Virus record (IMG/VR): IMGVR_UViG_3300036770_002165 | Span: 31,598 to 95,597 of that record | DNA: 64,000 nucleotides | Strand: one strand, 5' to 3' | From: a virus | Part shown: positions 1-9,163 of the stretch, in pieces | Numbering within the stretch: the first letter of the stretch is position 1 | Layout of the letters: the number at the start of each line of letters is the position of its first letter | The notes under the pieces: generated by a model | Database searches by the model: none | Seen by the model: the letters and a program-made list of their open reading frames with translations, nothing else | Told to the model about the DNA's origin: nothing | Made by a program: the position numbers and the translations under genes

Positions 1-1
1 C

Positions 2-385
2 ATGTTCGACTCGCCCGAGTCAGCATCGTGGACCCACCCGTCCACTGGTGAGATCTTCCGTCCGCACGCTGAGTTCAGCGTGTTCATGACCACCAACGTG
101 GAGGACATGGACGAGTTGCCCACGGCACTCAAGGATCGCTTCCCTGTTGCGATCCGCATCAACCAGCCGCATCCGACTGCTCTGCTGTCGTTGTCGCCTG
201 ACCTCCGTCAGGCTGCCAGCCTCAGTGCTGACCGTCGTGGTGAGCAGCGCATCTCCATGCGTACCTGGAAGGCCTTCGACCAGATGCGCAAGTCCCTCGA
301 TGACGAGCGTGCTGCCGCTCTCATCTTCCGTGACATGGCTGTCGACGTGCTCGACGCCATTCGCATCAACGCAGTCACCGCCTAA
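2..385 (+). CDS. MoxR/CbbQ-like AAA+ ATPase, C-terminal part (5' truncated by window)
   Basis: F-MTTN sensor I, LPTALKDRF arginine finger, ISMR sensor II; followed by vWA gene. Confidence 0.8.
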   Translation: MFDSPESASWTHPSTGEIFRPHAEFSVFMTTNVEDMDELPTALKDRFPVAIRINQPHPTALLSLSPDLRQAASLSADRRGEQRISMRTWKAFDQMRKSLDDERAAALIFRDMAVDVLDAIRINAVTA

Positions 386-413
386 TCATTAGGCCAAACA
401 GAAAGGGGTCATC

Positions 414-1790
414 ATGACCAACGGCTCGGCTTATCCCGAGTTCCAGGAGCGTGATGACGTAGAGGTCGGTACGTGGGATGTTCGCCCGTCGATCACCCCA
501 CGTACCGACTTGGTTAACCGCATCATGGCAGTGCCTCTTGGTACTGACCCCAACTCACGTGCGATCCGTAACCGTGAGACGATGCGTGCCAAAGTAAGTC
601 CTCAGGAACTTTACATTCCTATTGACTTGCCTCCGTCATTTCCTCTCATGGATGCTTGCGAGACTGTGCGTCTCAACGCACTGCTCAAGCACCAGGGCGT
701 AACACACGATGCTGACAGCATCGACGCACGTGGTCTGTCTGCCATGGTCGATCGTGCCCTTGCTAGTCGTGACGTCAACACTCTTGTTGACCTAACGATT
801 AGGCACTACGGCACCAAGGCTGGTAAGTCAGTGTCTCGTGCGATCAAGGATGCGTCTGACAAGCATGGGCTGCCCCAGGCCAACGAGTACTTCAAGGGTC
901 TGCGTAGGGTTCTACGTGACAACTGTGGTAACTGGTCATACAGCTACTACCGGCGTTACTTGTCCGACAATGACCCGTCATCTTTGGCATCGCACGGGCA
1001 CGATGATGTGGTAACGATACCTCACGGTTATCGCTACACCACTGGGCTTGCTGCTGCTGTCAATCGTTTCCTCGAACGTGGTGCCGATCCGACTGCCGAG
1101 GTCAAGCCCAACGAGGTTCCTGGTGATCTCCCCGAGGCTGGTGACATGCCCACCGACTTCGCACCACTCAGGCTTCAGCATCTGCCCAAGCCTGAGCGTG
1201 TCGCTGGTCGTATGGGTCGCAAGCGTTCGGCTACCAACATCGGTGTCAATCCACGCCGTATCCACCGCTACCTGGTTGATCCTGAGAAGCGCATCTTCGA
1301 CCGCCGCATCCGTGGCATTGGTGGTGTCGTTCTCATCGACCAGTCTGGCTCGATGCATCTCAGTACCGACGAGATCTGGGACATCATCAACGCCAGCCCT
1401 GGTGCCACCATCATCGGCTACAGCCACAGCGATGGTGCCCCGCACAACTGCTGGGTGCTTGCTGAGAACGGCAAGGTAGTCAGCGAGGTGCGTGACGGCA
1501 ACGGTGGTAACGGTGTCGACGGCCCTGCCTTGCTGTACGCTCTCAGCAAGCGCAAGAAGGGTGACCCACTCGTCTGGGTGTGCGACGGCCACGTCACTGG
1601 TCGTTACGACCTACACACTCGTGAGTTGGCCAAGTGGTGTGCTCAGGTAGTCTCCAAGTACAACGTCCACATGTGTGAGGACGTGCCCGAGGCTGTCGAA
1701 GCACTCAAGCAGGTGCGTGACGGGCGCAAGTTGCCTATGCGTATGGTCGGCGCAGTCAAGTCTGCTGGCCTCAGGCTCGCACACGCCTAA
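414..1790 (+). CDS. vWA-domain protein, partner of MoxR ATPase
   Basis: VLIDQSGSM MIDAS motif, GGNGVDGPAL, VWVCDG. Confidence 0.8.
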   Translation: MTNGSAYPEFQERDDVEVGTWDVRPSITPRTDLVNRIMAVPLGTDPNSRAIRNRETMRAKVSPQELYIPIDLPPSFPLMDACETVRLNALLKHQGVTHDADSIDARGLSAMVDRALASRDVNTLVDLTIRHYGTKAGKSVSRAIKDASDKHGLPQANEYFKGLRRVLRDNCGNWSYSYYRRYLSDNDPSSLASHGHDDVVTIPHGYRYTTGLAAAVNRFLERGADPTAEVKPNEVPGDLPEAGDMPTDFAPLRLQHLPKPERVAGRMGRKRSATNIGVNPRRIHRYLVDPEKRIFDRRIRGIGGVVLIDQSGSMHLSTDEIWDIINASPGATIIGYSHSDGAPHNCWVLAENGKVVSEVRDGNGGNGVDGPALLYALSKRKKGDPLVWVCDGHVTGRYDLHTRELAKWCAQVVSKYNVHMCEDVPEAVEALKQVRDGRKLPMRMVGAVKSAGLRLAHA

Positions 1791-1810
1791 TGGTTAGGAC
1801 GGGCGTACGC

Positions 1811-1830
1811 CGCAATCGTGCGCCCGTCCA
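1811..1830 (+). promoter_or_regulatory. Conserved leader motif CGCAATCGTG-N5-GTCCA, copy 1
   Basis: Same 15 fixed bases at 5781-5800 and 13235-13254; lies within a hairpin. Confidence 0.7.
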
Positions 1831-1855
1831 GCCCTAACAACCAAGGAGGGACAGT

Positions 1856-2221
1856 ATGTCCGTCACACAAGGTATGCCCAACGGCGTGCTCGTTTACCTG
1901 GATAACGAAACAGGTAACTGGGTCATGTCGGTCAACAGATTCGTCAAGAAGAAGATTGACGCAGAGCAGCGTGCTGAACTCCTTCAGCAGGCTAAGGAGT
2001 TTCTCCGTGAAGCACAGAGCCAGGGTTTCCCAGTCGTTGATCCTGACGACGATGACGCAATCTCCGAGCGTATCCCGTCGATTGGCGAAGAAGTCGAAGG
2101 ACTTGAGTCACTCAATCGGGTCCTCGAAGGTGGTCTTGAAGAGGCGGCGTCGATCCTCCCTAACCTCTGGGATTGGCTCGTCGGTATCACCGAAACGCCG
2201 TGGCAGCCCGACGAGGACTAA
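1856..2221 (+). CDS. hypothetical acidic protein
   Basis: AAGGAGG RBS; fits gene tiling. Confidence 0.7.
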   Translation: MSVTQGMPNGVLVYLDNETGNWVMSVNRFVKKKIDAEQRAELLQQAKEFLREAQSQGFPVVDPDDDDAISERIPSIGEEVEGLESLNRVLEGGLEEAASILPNLWDWLVGITETPWQPDED

Positions 2222-2238
2222 TGATTAGGAGGGCTTAG

Positions 2239-2445
2239 ATGCCTCTTAGCCCACAGTTCGCAGACCTTAACAAAGGTCTAGAACAAACACTCACCACACA
2301 AATCAAAAACAGTGTGGACGAAATGTTGTCGATGACTGCTGGTCACCAGATAGTCTCGGCATCAGAAATGGCCGACAAGTTGCTTGACCTACGCATCCTT
2401 GTCAGCCAACTAGAACACCAAGGAGAACCACATGGTGACGATTGA
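2239..2445 (+). CDS. hypothetical protein
   Basis: AGGAGG RBS. Confidence 0.65.
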   Translation: MPLSPQFADLNKGLEQTLTTQIKNSVDEMLSMTAGHQIVSASEMADKLLDLRILVSQLEHQGEPHGDD

Positions 2446-3079
2446 CGATGTGTGGAAGCACATCAGCAACAAGATTGCGAACAAGGTAAACGACCCGTTT
2501 GCTGAGTTGTTCGCAATGGTGATCCCCGTCGATACAGAGGGCAACTTCTGTAAGGAGATCAACTCGGACTGCGAGGAGTACGAGGGCGATAGTTACACGC
2601 TCCTTCGCAAGTTGAGTAAGACCACTGAACTCCTGCCCAGCGGGACGTTTGCGTATGCCTGCCCGGCTAAGATTAGGCAGGTTGATCTGGCTGGGCGAAA
2701 CGCCGATGAGATCGACGCCGAGGAGTTGGAGGAGTTGCGAGCCAGCACGACTCCCACTCAGGTGCTGATGATCAACCTCGTCCATGCGGTCGAGGCTAAG
2801 GACGACGGCCATCCTGGTGACATGGTCATCGAGAGCGGCGTCTACTACATCGATGAGAACCGTTTCGAGGCGTTGCCCACGCTGGTAAACGGTTCCGACG
2901 ACCAGGGGCAGGACAGCAAGGGCCCGCTGACCATTGCTCTTGGTGCTCTCGCACTTGCGTGGGCACTCAGTAACGACAGGCTTGGTGACGTGGGTCGAAT
3001 GCTCAAGGAGTCATTGGACCTGGCCAAGAAGTCGTTGGAACAGGCAGAAGCAGCTTTCAACAATCTGCCGAAGCCCTAA
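2432..3079 (+). CDS. hypothetical acidic protein
   Basis: AGGAGAACCAC RBS. Confidence 0.75.
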   Translation: MVTIDDVWKHISNKIANKVNDPFAELFAMVIPVDTEGNFCKEINSDCEEYEGDSYTLLRKLSKTTELLPSGTFAYACPAKIRQVDLAGRNADEIDAEELEELRASTTPTQVLMINLVHAVEAKDDGHPGDMVIESGVYYIDENRFEALPTLVNGSDDQGQDSKGPLTIALGALALAWALSNDRLGDVGRMLKESLDLAKKSLEQAEAAFNNLPKP

Positions 3080-3095
3080 TCATTAGGAGGCAACA

Positions 3096-3506
3096 TTGCA
3101 TTCCAACATCTCGATGCTAGTTATATTCCCTAACGGCATCGTTGCAGTTCCTGAGGAGTACATGCCTGAGGACACACCCATGCACGAGGTCATCAACGCA
3201 CAAGTCGGAGGCCACTTCGACTCTGTGCGTCCGATGCGTCGTGAACAGAAGTTCATTGGCTATGTCAATGACGAGGGATTGCTTATGGGTCTTGAGCCTA
3301 ACGCTCTTGCCAGCGCAGTCTTCGGACGGTTCCTTGCGGGGCCGTGCGTCATCGTTGGTACAGCCAATGAGTTCGGGGAAGAGAACGGTGAGGATTACAA
3401 CCTCATGGATAACGATCTCGACCTCATCATGCGCATGGCACAGCCACTTCTTATGTGGCGTGACAGCGTTGACCAGCAGAAACAAATTGAACAACTGAGA
3501 GGATGA
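3096..3506 (+). CDS. DUF3846-like protein
   Basis: VGG...YVNDEGLL.GLEPN..AS...LAGPCVIVG pattern. Confidence 0.7.
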   Translation: MHSNISMLVIFPNGIVAVPEEYMPEDTPMHEVINAQVGGHFDSVRPMRREQKFIGYVNDEGLLMGLEPNALASAVFGRFLAGPCVIVGTANEFGEENGEDYNLMDNDLDLIMRMAQPLLMWRDSVDQQKQIEQLRG

Positions 3507-3507
3507 C

Positions 3508-3981
3508 ATGAACCTTTCCATGGAGATTGCCGAGTGGGTCAACAAAGACCTGCGTGAGTCAATCGACGAGACGCTGCGTTACCGAGCCACCCGCTTGTTC
3601 GCAGTTAACAAGACAGCCAACGGATACGAGCGTCGCCTCGTGGACTCCGACCCTGATCCGTACGATCTGATCAGGCGGCTGCCCAAGCCTGACAAGGTGG
3701 ATGCCTACTGCCTCGTCATGACTGGGTGGATGACTCCCATCGCTGATGGTGACGACGACGAGCAGATCAACAGCCCGTACAACGACGAGCGTGTGCGTGT
3801 GCGTCTCTGCGCCGCTGTGTCCGACGCTGGTGTGTCGGTGCGTGTACAGCGTTGGGTCAACGGTTACCCGGAGGGTGACTCGTTCGAAGATGGGGGCGAG
3901 GGTTCTTTCCCCGATGCTCTCCGTCTGTGGTGGGACGCCACGCAAGGGCGTAACAACCTGTTCGAACTGATGGGTGACTGA
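3508..3981 (+). CDS. hypothetical protein
   Basis: GAGG RBS; TGATG overlap with next gene. Confidence 0.7.
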   Translation: MNLSMEIAEWVNKDLRESIDETLRYRATRLFAVNKTANGYERRLVDSDPDPYDLIRRLPKPDKVDAYCLVMTGWMTPIADGDDDEQINSPYNDERVRVRLCAAVSDAGVSVRVQRWVNGYPEGDSFEDGGEGSFPDALRLWWDATQGRNNLFELMGD

Positions 3982-4442
3982 TGTTCCGTAAGACCATTAT
4001 CGCCCTCTCTGTTGCTGGTGGGCTAATGGTTAGTGCGTGTGGGGGTGAGACTGTGTACGTCACGGTCTCACCCTCCACTACGGAGCCAGCCTCAACTACA
4101 ACGGTGCGTAAGACAACCACGACGTTGGCTACCACGCCACCGTTGGCCACCCGCCCACCATCAAACGTAAGCACGTATGACCCCGATGCTTACGACACTT
4201 TCCTTTGGTCAAGTGTTCGTGACTTCTGGTGGTTGTTCACTGAAGAACAGCTGCTCCAGATGGGCCTGCTTGTCTGCGAGGAGTTCGATCGTGGGTCAAC
4301 TCTCGACCAGGTCACCATGGCTTTGGTGGAGGTTCTTAACGACAGCAATACGGCGTACCTAGCCGAGGGTATGGCTGCGGTTACCGCTGGCGCTCTGACC
4401 TACTTGTGCCCCGAGCACAGTTGGTGGCTTAGCACCATCTAA
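3981..4442 (+). CDS. lipoprotein with Thr-rich linker and DUF732-like domain
   Basis: Signal peptide ending VSAC lipobox; G..VC..F..G and YLCPEH Cys pair. Confidence 0.7.
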   Translation: MFRKTIIALSVAGGLMVSACGGETVYVTVSPSTTEPASTTTVRKTTTTLATTPPLATRPPSNVSTYDPDAYDTFLWSSVRDFWWLFTEEQLLQMGLLVCEEFDRGSTLDQVTMALVEVLNDSNTAYLAEGMAAVTAGALTYLCPEHSWWLSTI

Positions 4443-4459
4443 TCACTAGGAAGGATCAC

Positions 4460-4696
4460 ATGATCATCCTGTACAACAAACACACTGGTGAGCACTTCAA
4501 CGCTGACGACGTGGTGCTTATCAACACCAGAGACATGGACAGCCACGTGCTGTCCGAGTTAGAGGACGGCAACCACGACGTGCTCGCAGACTTCGCTGAG
4601 ACTTCTGTGGCCACGCCGTTCTGGGAGGCGTTCGACCCTTTCGCTGAGCGTAAGGACAATCCCAACTATGGGTACGGCCCAACAATCCTGGTATAG
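4460..4696 (+). CDS. hypothetical protein
   Basis: AGGAAGGA RBS. Confidence 0.65.
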   Translation: MIILYNKHTGEHFNADDVVLINTRDMDSHVLSELEDGNHDVLADFAETSVATPFWEAFDPFAERKDNPNYGYGPTILV

Positions 4697-4708
4697 GAGG
4701 AGATAACC

Positions 4709-5233
4709 ATGGGTATGGATGTGTATGGCAAGAAGCCGCGCACTGAGCCCGGCGGATACTTCCGCAACAATGTCTGGTGGTGGCGTCCGCTGTGGCAGTA
4801 CTGCGTAGAGCAGCACCCCGACATCATTGACCCCAAGACTGCTGAGGCAGGCCACTTCAATAGCGGCGCTGGCCTCAACGCAGGTAAGTCCAGGGCCTTG
4901 GGTAAGGCGCTGTTGGAGGATATCTCCAATGGGGTCACCGACAAGTGGCGTGAGGAGTACTACGCAGCGATCGCCACGCTCCCGATGAGAGAGTGCACAC
5001 TCTGTGGTACAACGGGTATCCGCACCGACGACGTAGGTAAGGATCACGGCATGGACACACGAGAGCTAGACCCTGAGACAGCGACCCTCTTGGGCCGCAC
5101 ACATGGATGGTGTAATGGTTGCAATGGTGAAGGACACATGGAGCCATGGGAGGCCGGTTACCCATTCGAAGTAAGCAACGTCCGTGAGTTCGCAGAGTTC
5201 CTGTTGAACTGCGGAGGATTCGAGATTCACTGA
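4709..5233 (+). CDS. conserved phage protein with CxxCxxxG zinc-finger
   Basis: YFRNNVWWWRPLW; CTLCGTTG and CNGCNGEG. Confidence 0.75.
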   Translation: MGMDVYGKKPRTEPGGYFRNNVWWWRPLWQYCVEQHPDIIDPKTAEAGHFNSGAGLNAGKSRALGKALLEDISNGVTDKWREEYYAAIATLPMRECTLCGTTGIRTDDVGKDHGMDTRELDPETATLLGRTHGWCNGCNGEGHMEPWEAGYPFEVSNVREFAEFLLNCGGFEIH

Positions 5234-5526
5234 TGATCCCTGAGAACATTGAAGATCTGAGCGAGATCGAGTTGGCTGCTTTGTTGCGACCACTCAATCC
5301 GCACCAGAAAGACATACTCAAGCGACGCCTCGGCCTAGCTGGGTATGAGAAACAAACCTTGCAAGAGGTTGCAGACAACATCGGCAAGGATGTAGATTAC
5401 GTCCGCTTGATGGAAGTCAAGGCAATGGTTGACCTCGGTTGGGTCAACCTCGTCAAGAAAGTTGAGAACCACAATGAAGCCATACTTGAACACCCAAGTA
5501 ACCGTTCAGTTCCAGCGACTGAGTGA
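5233..5526 (+). CDS. stand-alone sigma-70 region 4 HTH protein
   Basis: LNPHQKDILKRRLGL...TLQEVADNIG...VRLMEVKAM resembles sigma70 r4. Confidence 0.7.
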   Translation: MIPENIEDLSEIELAALLRPLNPHQKDILKRRLGLAGYEKQTLQEVADNIGKDVDYVRLMEVKAMVDLGWVNLVKKVENHNEAILEHPSNRSVPATE

Positions 5527-5761
5527 AACACCCATTACTCCTGAGTGTCGCACCATTAACGAAGGTGAGGACAACGAATTCCACATCTTCCAGTTTAATG
5601 TTGAAGAAACTCTTCCTCACAAGGTTCAGTTCTTCTTCAATACCACTCAGGAGTTCATCAACTTCCTCAACGATCTTCGCAGTACATGCGAGAACAAGAT
5701 CTGGGATCTGACGGCAATGCCGAGCGAGTACGAGTACGACTACGCTCGTGAGCCGTTCTGA
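5429..5761 (+). CDS. hypothetical protein (true start probably ~5474-5523)
   Basis: Fills gap; acidic C-terminus. Confidence 0.5.
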   Translation: MTSVGSTSSRKLRTTMKPYLNTQVTVQFQRLSETPITPECRTINEGEDNEFHIFQFNVEETLPHKVQFFFNTTQEFINFLNDLRSTCENKIWDLTAMPSEYEYDYAREPF

Positions 5762-5780
5762 CCCCCAGACAACCCGGCGT

Positions 5781-5800
5781 CGCAATCGTGCCGCCGTCCA
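5781..5800 (+). promoter_or_regulatory. Conserved leader motif, copy 2
   Basis: CGCAATCGTG CCGCC GTCCA. Confidence 0.7.
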
Positions 5801-5826
5801 ATCCACACACAAGTAGGAGAACCCCT

Positions 5827-6624
5827 ATGCGTACCTCTGTTCAGAGGGTTACGCCAGACATGGCACGGACCATGCTGGCAACAAACACCAAGAACCGCAA
5901 GCTGCGGCGTGCGCGTATCAACCAGTACGCCGAGCAGATGAAGCGTGGCCAGTGGCAGGCTACCGGGGAGGCGATCAAGTTCGCCAAGGACGGTACTCTG
6001 CTCGATGGTCAGCACCGTCTCCATGCGGTTATCGAAGCCAACGTTGAACTCGACATGCTCGTGGTGCAGGACCTCGACTTGTCGACGTTCAAGGTCATCG
6101 ACTCGGGCCTTACCCGCACTCCGGGTGATGCCCTCCAGTTGATGGGGATCAGCAACAGCAACCATAAGGCTGCTGCTATCCGCATGTACATCGCTGCTGA
6201 TGCTCAGATTCCGATTGACAAGAGCACTGCACTGACCAACCTCATCACCCGCACCGATATCACCAATTTCGTTGCTGTTAACGATGATCTGGTCAACGAT
6301 GCTGTTAACGCAGCCCGTACCGTGTACAACAACTGTCGGGGTAACCGCCCCGCTTGGGCTGCTCTGTACATGATGATCACCAAGAAGTACGGACAGGCTG
6401 AGGCCGAGATGTTCTTCCAGTCAGTTGCGGAGGGTACGAATATGTCCCCTGGTGACCCGCGTCTTGCCCTGCGCAACTGGGCGGTTCGCAACACCAGCAA
6501 CCCGTACCGTGGCGAGCATCTGTATGCGTACTGCCGTGCCTACAACGCTCACCGAGCGGGTGACAACATGCACTTGCTGCGTCTTCCTATCCCGGCGCAT
6601 CGCAAGCCTCCCGTCGTCGACTGA
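5827..6624 (+). CDS. ParB/Srx-like (DGQHR) domain protein
   Basis: NRKL...YAEQMKRGQW...LLDGQHRL.AV; RBS TAGGAG before ATG 5827. Confidence 0.75.
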   Translation: MRTSVQRVTPDMARTMLATNTKNRKLRRARINQYAEQMKRGQWQATGEAIKFAKDGTLLDGQHRLHAVIEANVELDMLVVQDLDLSTFKVIDSGLTRTPGDALQLMGISNSNHKAAAIRMYIAADAQIPIDKSTALTNLITRTDITNFVAVNDDLVNDAVNAARTVYNNCRGNRPAWAALYMMITKKYGQAEAEMFFQSVAEGTNMSPGDPRLALRNWAVRNTSNPYRGEHLYAYCRAYNAHRAGDNMHLLRLPIPAHRKPPVVD

Positions 6625-6932
6625 TGGACGGGTTCCGTATCACCGAGTCGACAGCTGACTTCTACTGGCAGATCATCCATGATCATCCGGAGGAGTTCAA
6701 ACTGGGGCTCGTTGAATCACAGTTGTCGACCGGGGTCACCTACAATGGTGACCCCGAGTCGGCACAATCAATCGCATATGACTTTGGCCGTACTTTCGGT
6801 GAAGCGATGCACGCCCTGTGGGAGAACCTAGATATGGATCACCCACTGTGGAACGACGACGCTTACTGCGATCATGGCCCGAGTGTCTACGAGAGCTATT
6901 GCCCCAAATGCACAGGACAAGAGGATGCCTGA
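6624..6932 (+). CDS. hypothetical protein
   Basis: TGATG coupling; C-terminal CxH..CxxC. Confidence 0.65.
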   Translation: MDGFRITESTADFYWQIIHDHPEEFKLGLVESQLSTGVTYNGDPESAQSIAYDFGRTFGEAMHALWENLDMDHPLWNDDAYCDHGPSVYESYCPKCTGQEDA

Positions 6933-7161
6933 ATTTCACGTTTCATCTAAGCGAATTGTCTACACAAAATTCGCTGCACTAGCACTGACAATCTTGCTCG
7001 CCGGGCGTATCATGCTCAGCGACCCCAACGTGGTGTACCGGTACATCGGTACTCTTGCGTTCATCGGATTCAACATCCGAGCCATGATGTTGGCCGTGTA
7101 CATCCAGTACCGTGGTAAGCACGGTTGGGGTAGTACGGTTGATATCCCAGATAATCATTAG
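6925..7161 (+). CDS. small membrane protein
   Basis: Two hydrophobic segments; GAGG RBS. Confidence 0.6.
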   Translation: MPEFHVSSKRIVYTKFAALALTILLAGRIMLSDPNVVYRYIGTLAFIGFNIRAMMLAVYIQYRGKHGWGSTVDIPDNH

Positions 7162-7172
7162 GAGAACCACCA

Positions 7173-7436
7173 ATGAGAGCTAACCCGTACGTACTTACCT
7201 TTGACGACGGTGCAGACGGTGGCCCAGAGCATTTGTTGTGGGTACTCACCGGTTTCTACTGCAAGTTCATGAAGCAAGGCGAGTTGGTATTCGAAGGGGT
7301 TATCAAGGAGGTGGAGAGCTCCTTGGGGGAGGTACTAGTAGAGATACCCATTGACGAGAGGCCTGACCTAAGCGGCCCAGATCGTCGCCGCCTACTTGAC
7401 ATCTACGAAGACTTTGACGAAGTGATCTACCAATGA
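7173..7436 (+). CDS. hypothetical protein
   Basis: TAGGAGAACCACCA RBS. Confidence 0.7.
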   Translation: MRANPYVLTFDDGADGGPEHLLWVLTGFYCKFMKQGELVFEGVIKEVESSLGEVLVEIPIDERPDLSGPDRRRLLDIYEDFDEVIYQ

Positions 7437-7445
7437 GGACCACAA

Positions 7446-8885
7446 ATGCTTACGTTGCCAACTCTGGCTGTACCACTTCTAGCGCACCAGCAGGAGGCGG
7501 TGCAGTTCGTACTTGACCATCAGCAGGCTTACCTAGCATTAGATATGGGGTTAGGTAAGACAGCCTGTGCCATAGGAGTTGTGGAGTCTGCTCGTGTTAT
7601 CGGGCAGACTCCTGCTCTTCTGGTAGTGCCCCCGTCGTTGCGTACGACGTGGATCAAGGAGTTGCAGAAGTTCGCTCCGCATCTCAAAGTGTTTGTAATC
7701 AAGGGTATGGAGACATACCCATTACCACCTGCTGATGTGTACATCATCGGTGACTCCGTGATCCGTAGTTGGGTAGACAAGGACGACCCCCACTCGCTAC
7801 GGCACCAGATCAAAGTGCTAGTCGTTGACGAGGCCCACCGTGTTAAGAACATGGGCTCTAGTCGTACTCGTGCTGTCATCGAGCTAGCCAAGACGATCCC
7901 TGGTTTCAAGATCCTCATGTCCGGTACCCCTACTCCTAACGGTAGGAACATGGAGATGGGTTCGCAGATCGAGATCCTCGGGGCGTCTGCCTGGGCCGCT
8001 GTCGGTGGTAAGGGTAAGTTCTGGAACTACTACTGCCCCGTGGAGCGTGACGACAAGGGTCGCCTTAACCGTTACGGTAAGCGTGCCAACATCGATTCAC
8101 TTGGTCTGCACGAGGCAATGACAGGCTCGTTTATGATGCGCCGACGACGTGAGGAAGTGCTAAACCTGCCACACAAGGGTAGATCAGCAATTCATATCGA
8201 AGGACGTGGTAAGGCTGTAAGTGATTACATCCTTGCCGAAGAAGATCTTGTTGCGTATCTAGCTGGCGAGGGGTTGCCATTCCGTGCCGCTATGCGCAAC
8301 GAGGCACTCGTCAAGCTAACCACCATGCGGCGGTTGGCTGGCGAGTGCAAAGTTCGTGGTGTTATCGACCACGTGAAAGAGCTGCTCGTTGAGACGGCGC
8401 ACGACGATGTACCCATGGGTATCTTTATCGTTGCTGAGCACCACTCGGTGATGAGCCCCATCGCTGAGGGCCTTGACAAGTACGGCGTGGTCATGTACAA
8501 CGGAACAATGGGGGATAAGGAGAAAGCATCAGCCGTGGAGGACTTCACGTCTGGTGCCGCTCGGGTCATGGTTGGCCAGATCAAGTCGGCGGGTGTCGGC
8601 CTGACACTCCATGGTGATGGTCGTAACCACCGTGTCATTATCGCCCAACTACCTTGGTCACCTGCAGATATCCAGCAGGCCGAGGACAGGCTGCATCGCA
8701 TCGGGCAAACATCCGATGTTGAAGTAGAGATCTGCCTTTCCAGCATCGACAACTCATGGACAGTAGATGAACGTCTGTGGGGATTGCTAGAGGGCAAAGC
8801 ATTCTCAGCTAGTGAACTCATCGATGGTAAGGGTGAGTTCTTACTAGAGGAGATACAAGACAGCATCATTGATTCTTACAGATAA
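7446..8885 (+). CDS. SNF2-family helicase/translocase 1
   Basis: DMGLGKT, DEAH, SGTP, QAEDRLHRIGQ. Confidence 0.92.
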   Translation: MLTLPTLAVPLLAHQQEAVQFVLDHQQAYLALDMGLGKTACAIGVVESARVIGQTPALLVVPPSLRTTWIKELQKFAPHLKVFVIKGMETYPLPPADVYIIGDSVIRSWVDKDDPHSLRHQIKVLVVDEAHRVKNMGSSRTRAVIELAKTIPGFKILMSGTPTPNGRNMEMGSQIEILGASAWAAVGGKGKFWNYYCPVERDDKGRLNRYGKRANIDSLGLHEAMTGSFMMRRRREEVLNLPHKGRSAIHIEGRGKAVSDYILAEEDLVAYLAGEGLPFRAAMRNEALVKLTTMRRLAGECKVRGVIDHVKELLVETAHDDVPMGIFIVAEHHSVMSPIAEGLDKYGVVMYNGTMGDKEKASAVEDFTSGAARVMVGQIKSAGVGLTLHGDGRNHRVIIAQLPWSPADIQQAEDRLHRIGQTSDVEVEICLSSIDNSWTVDERLWGLLEGKAFSASELIDGKGEFLLEEIQDSIIDSYR

Positions 8886-8893
8886 GGAGAGAT

Positions 8894-9082
8894 ATGCCCA
8901 TTATCAAATCATCAACAAACGGAGATGACATTACAGTTGTTGTCTTCTCCAAGGAGGAGGCCGAAGCCTTCGTAAACATGATGTGGAATGCATCTTTCAA
9001 GAAGAGCAAGGATGTTAAGGAATCTATCGAAAAGCTAGAAGAAATGTTCTATGCATTCGGTATTCCTTACCCTCCTGAGTGA
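8894..9082 (+). CDS. hypothetical protein
   Basis: AAGGAG RBS. Confidence 0.6.
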   Translation: MPIIKSSTNGDDITVVVFSKEEAEAFVNMMWNASFKKSKDVKESIEKLEEMFYAFGIPYPPE

Positions 9083-9163
9083 CGAAGGTCACAAAAATAA
9101 TCCCACAACTTTCCTGTCTTATGGATAGGATGAACCTCAACCACCAACTGAAAGGAACCACCA

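Larger units (their letters stand above)
381..7162. repeat. Dispersed palindrome (C)CTAAYSRTTAG(G), 8 copies
   Basis: 381-393, 791-803, 1786-1798, 2217-2229, 3075-3087, 4022-4034, 4438-4450, 7150-7162; weaker copy 10576-10586. Confidence 0.85.

Noticed and set aside
381-7162. Palindrome as a CRISPR repeat or Fur/PerR box
   Set aside because: Too short and irregularly spaced for CRISPR; it shares the TAATnATTA core with Fur-family boxes but has CC/GG rather than AT-rich flanks and lies mostly at gene ends.
2666-7936. Near-miss palindromes GCTAAGATTAGG (~2666), CCTAGCATTAG (~7532) and CCTAACGGTAGG (~7925)
   Set aside because: One base shorter spacing; not counted as copies.
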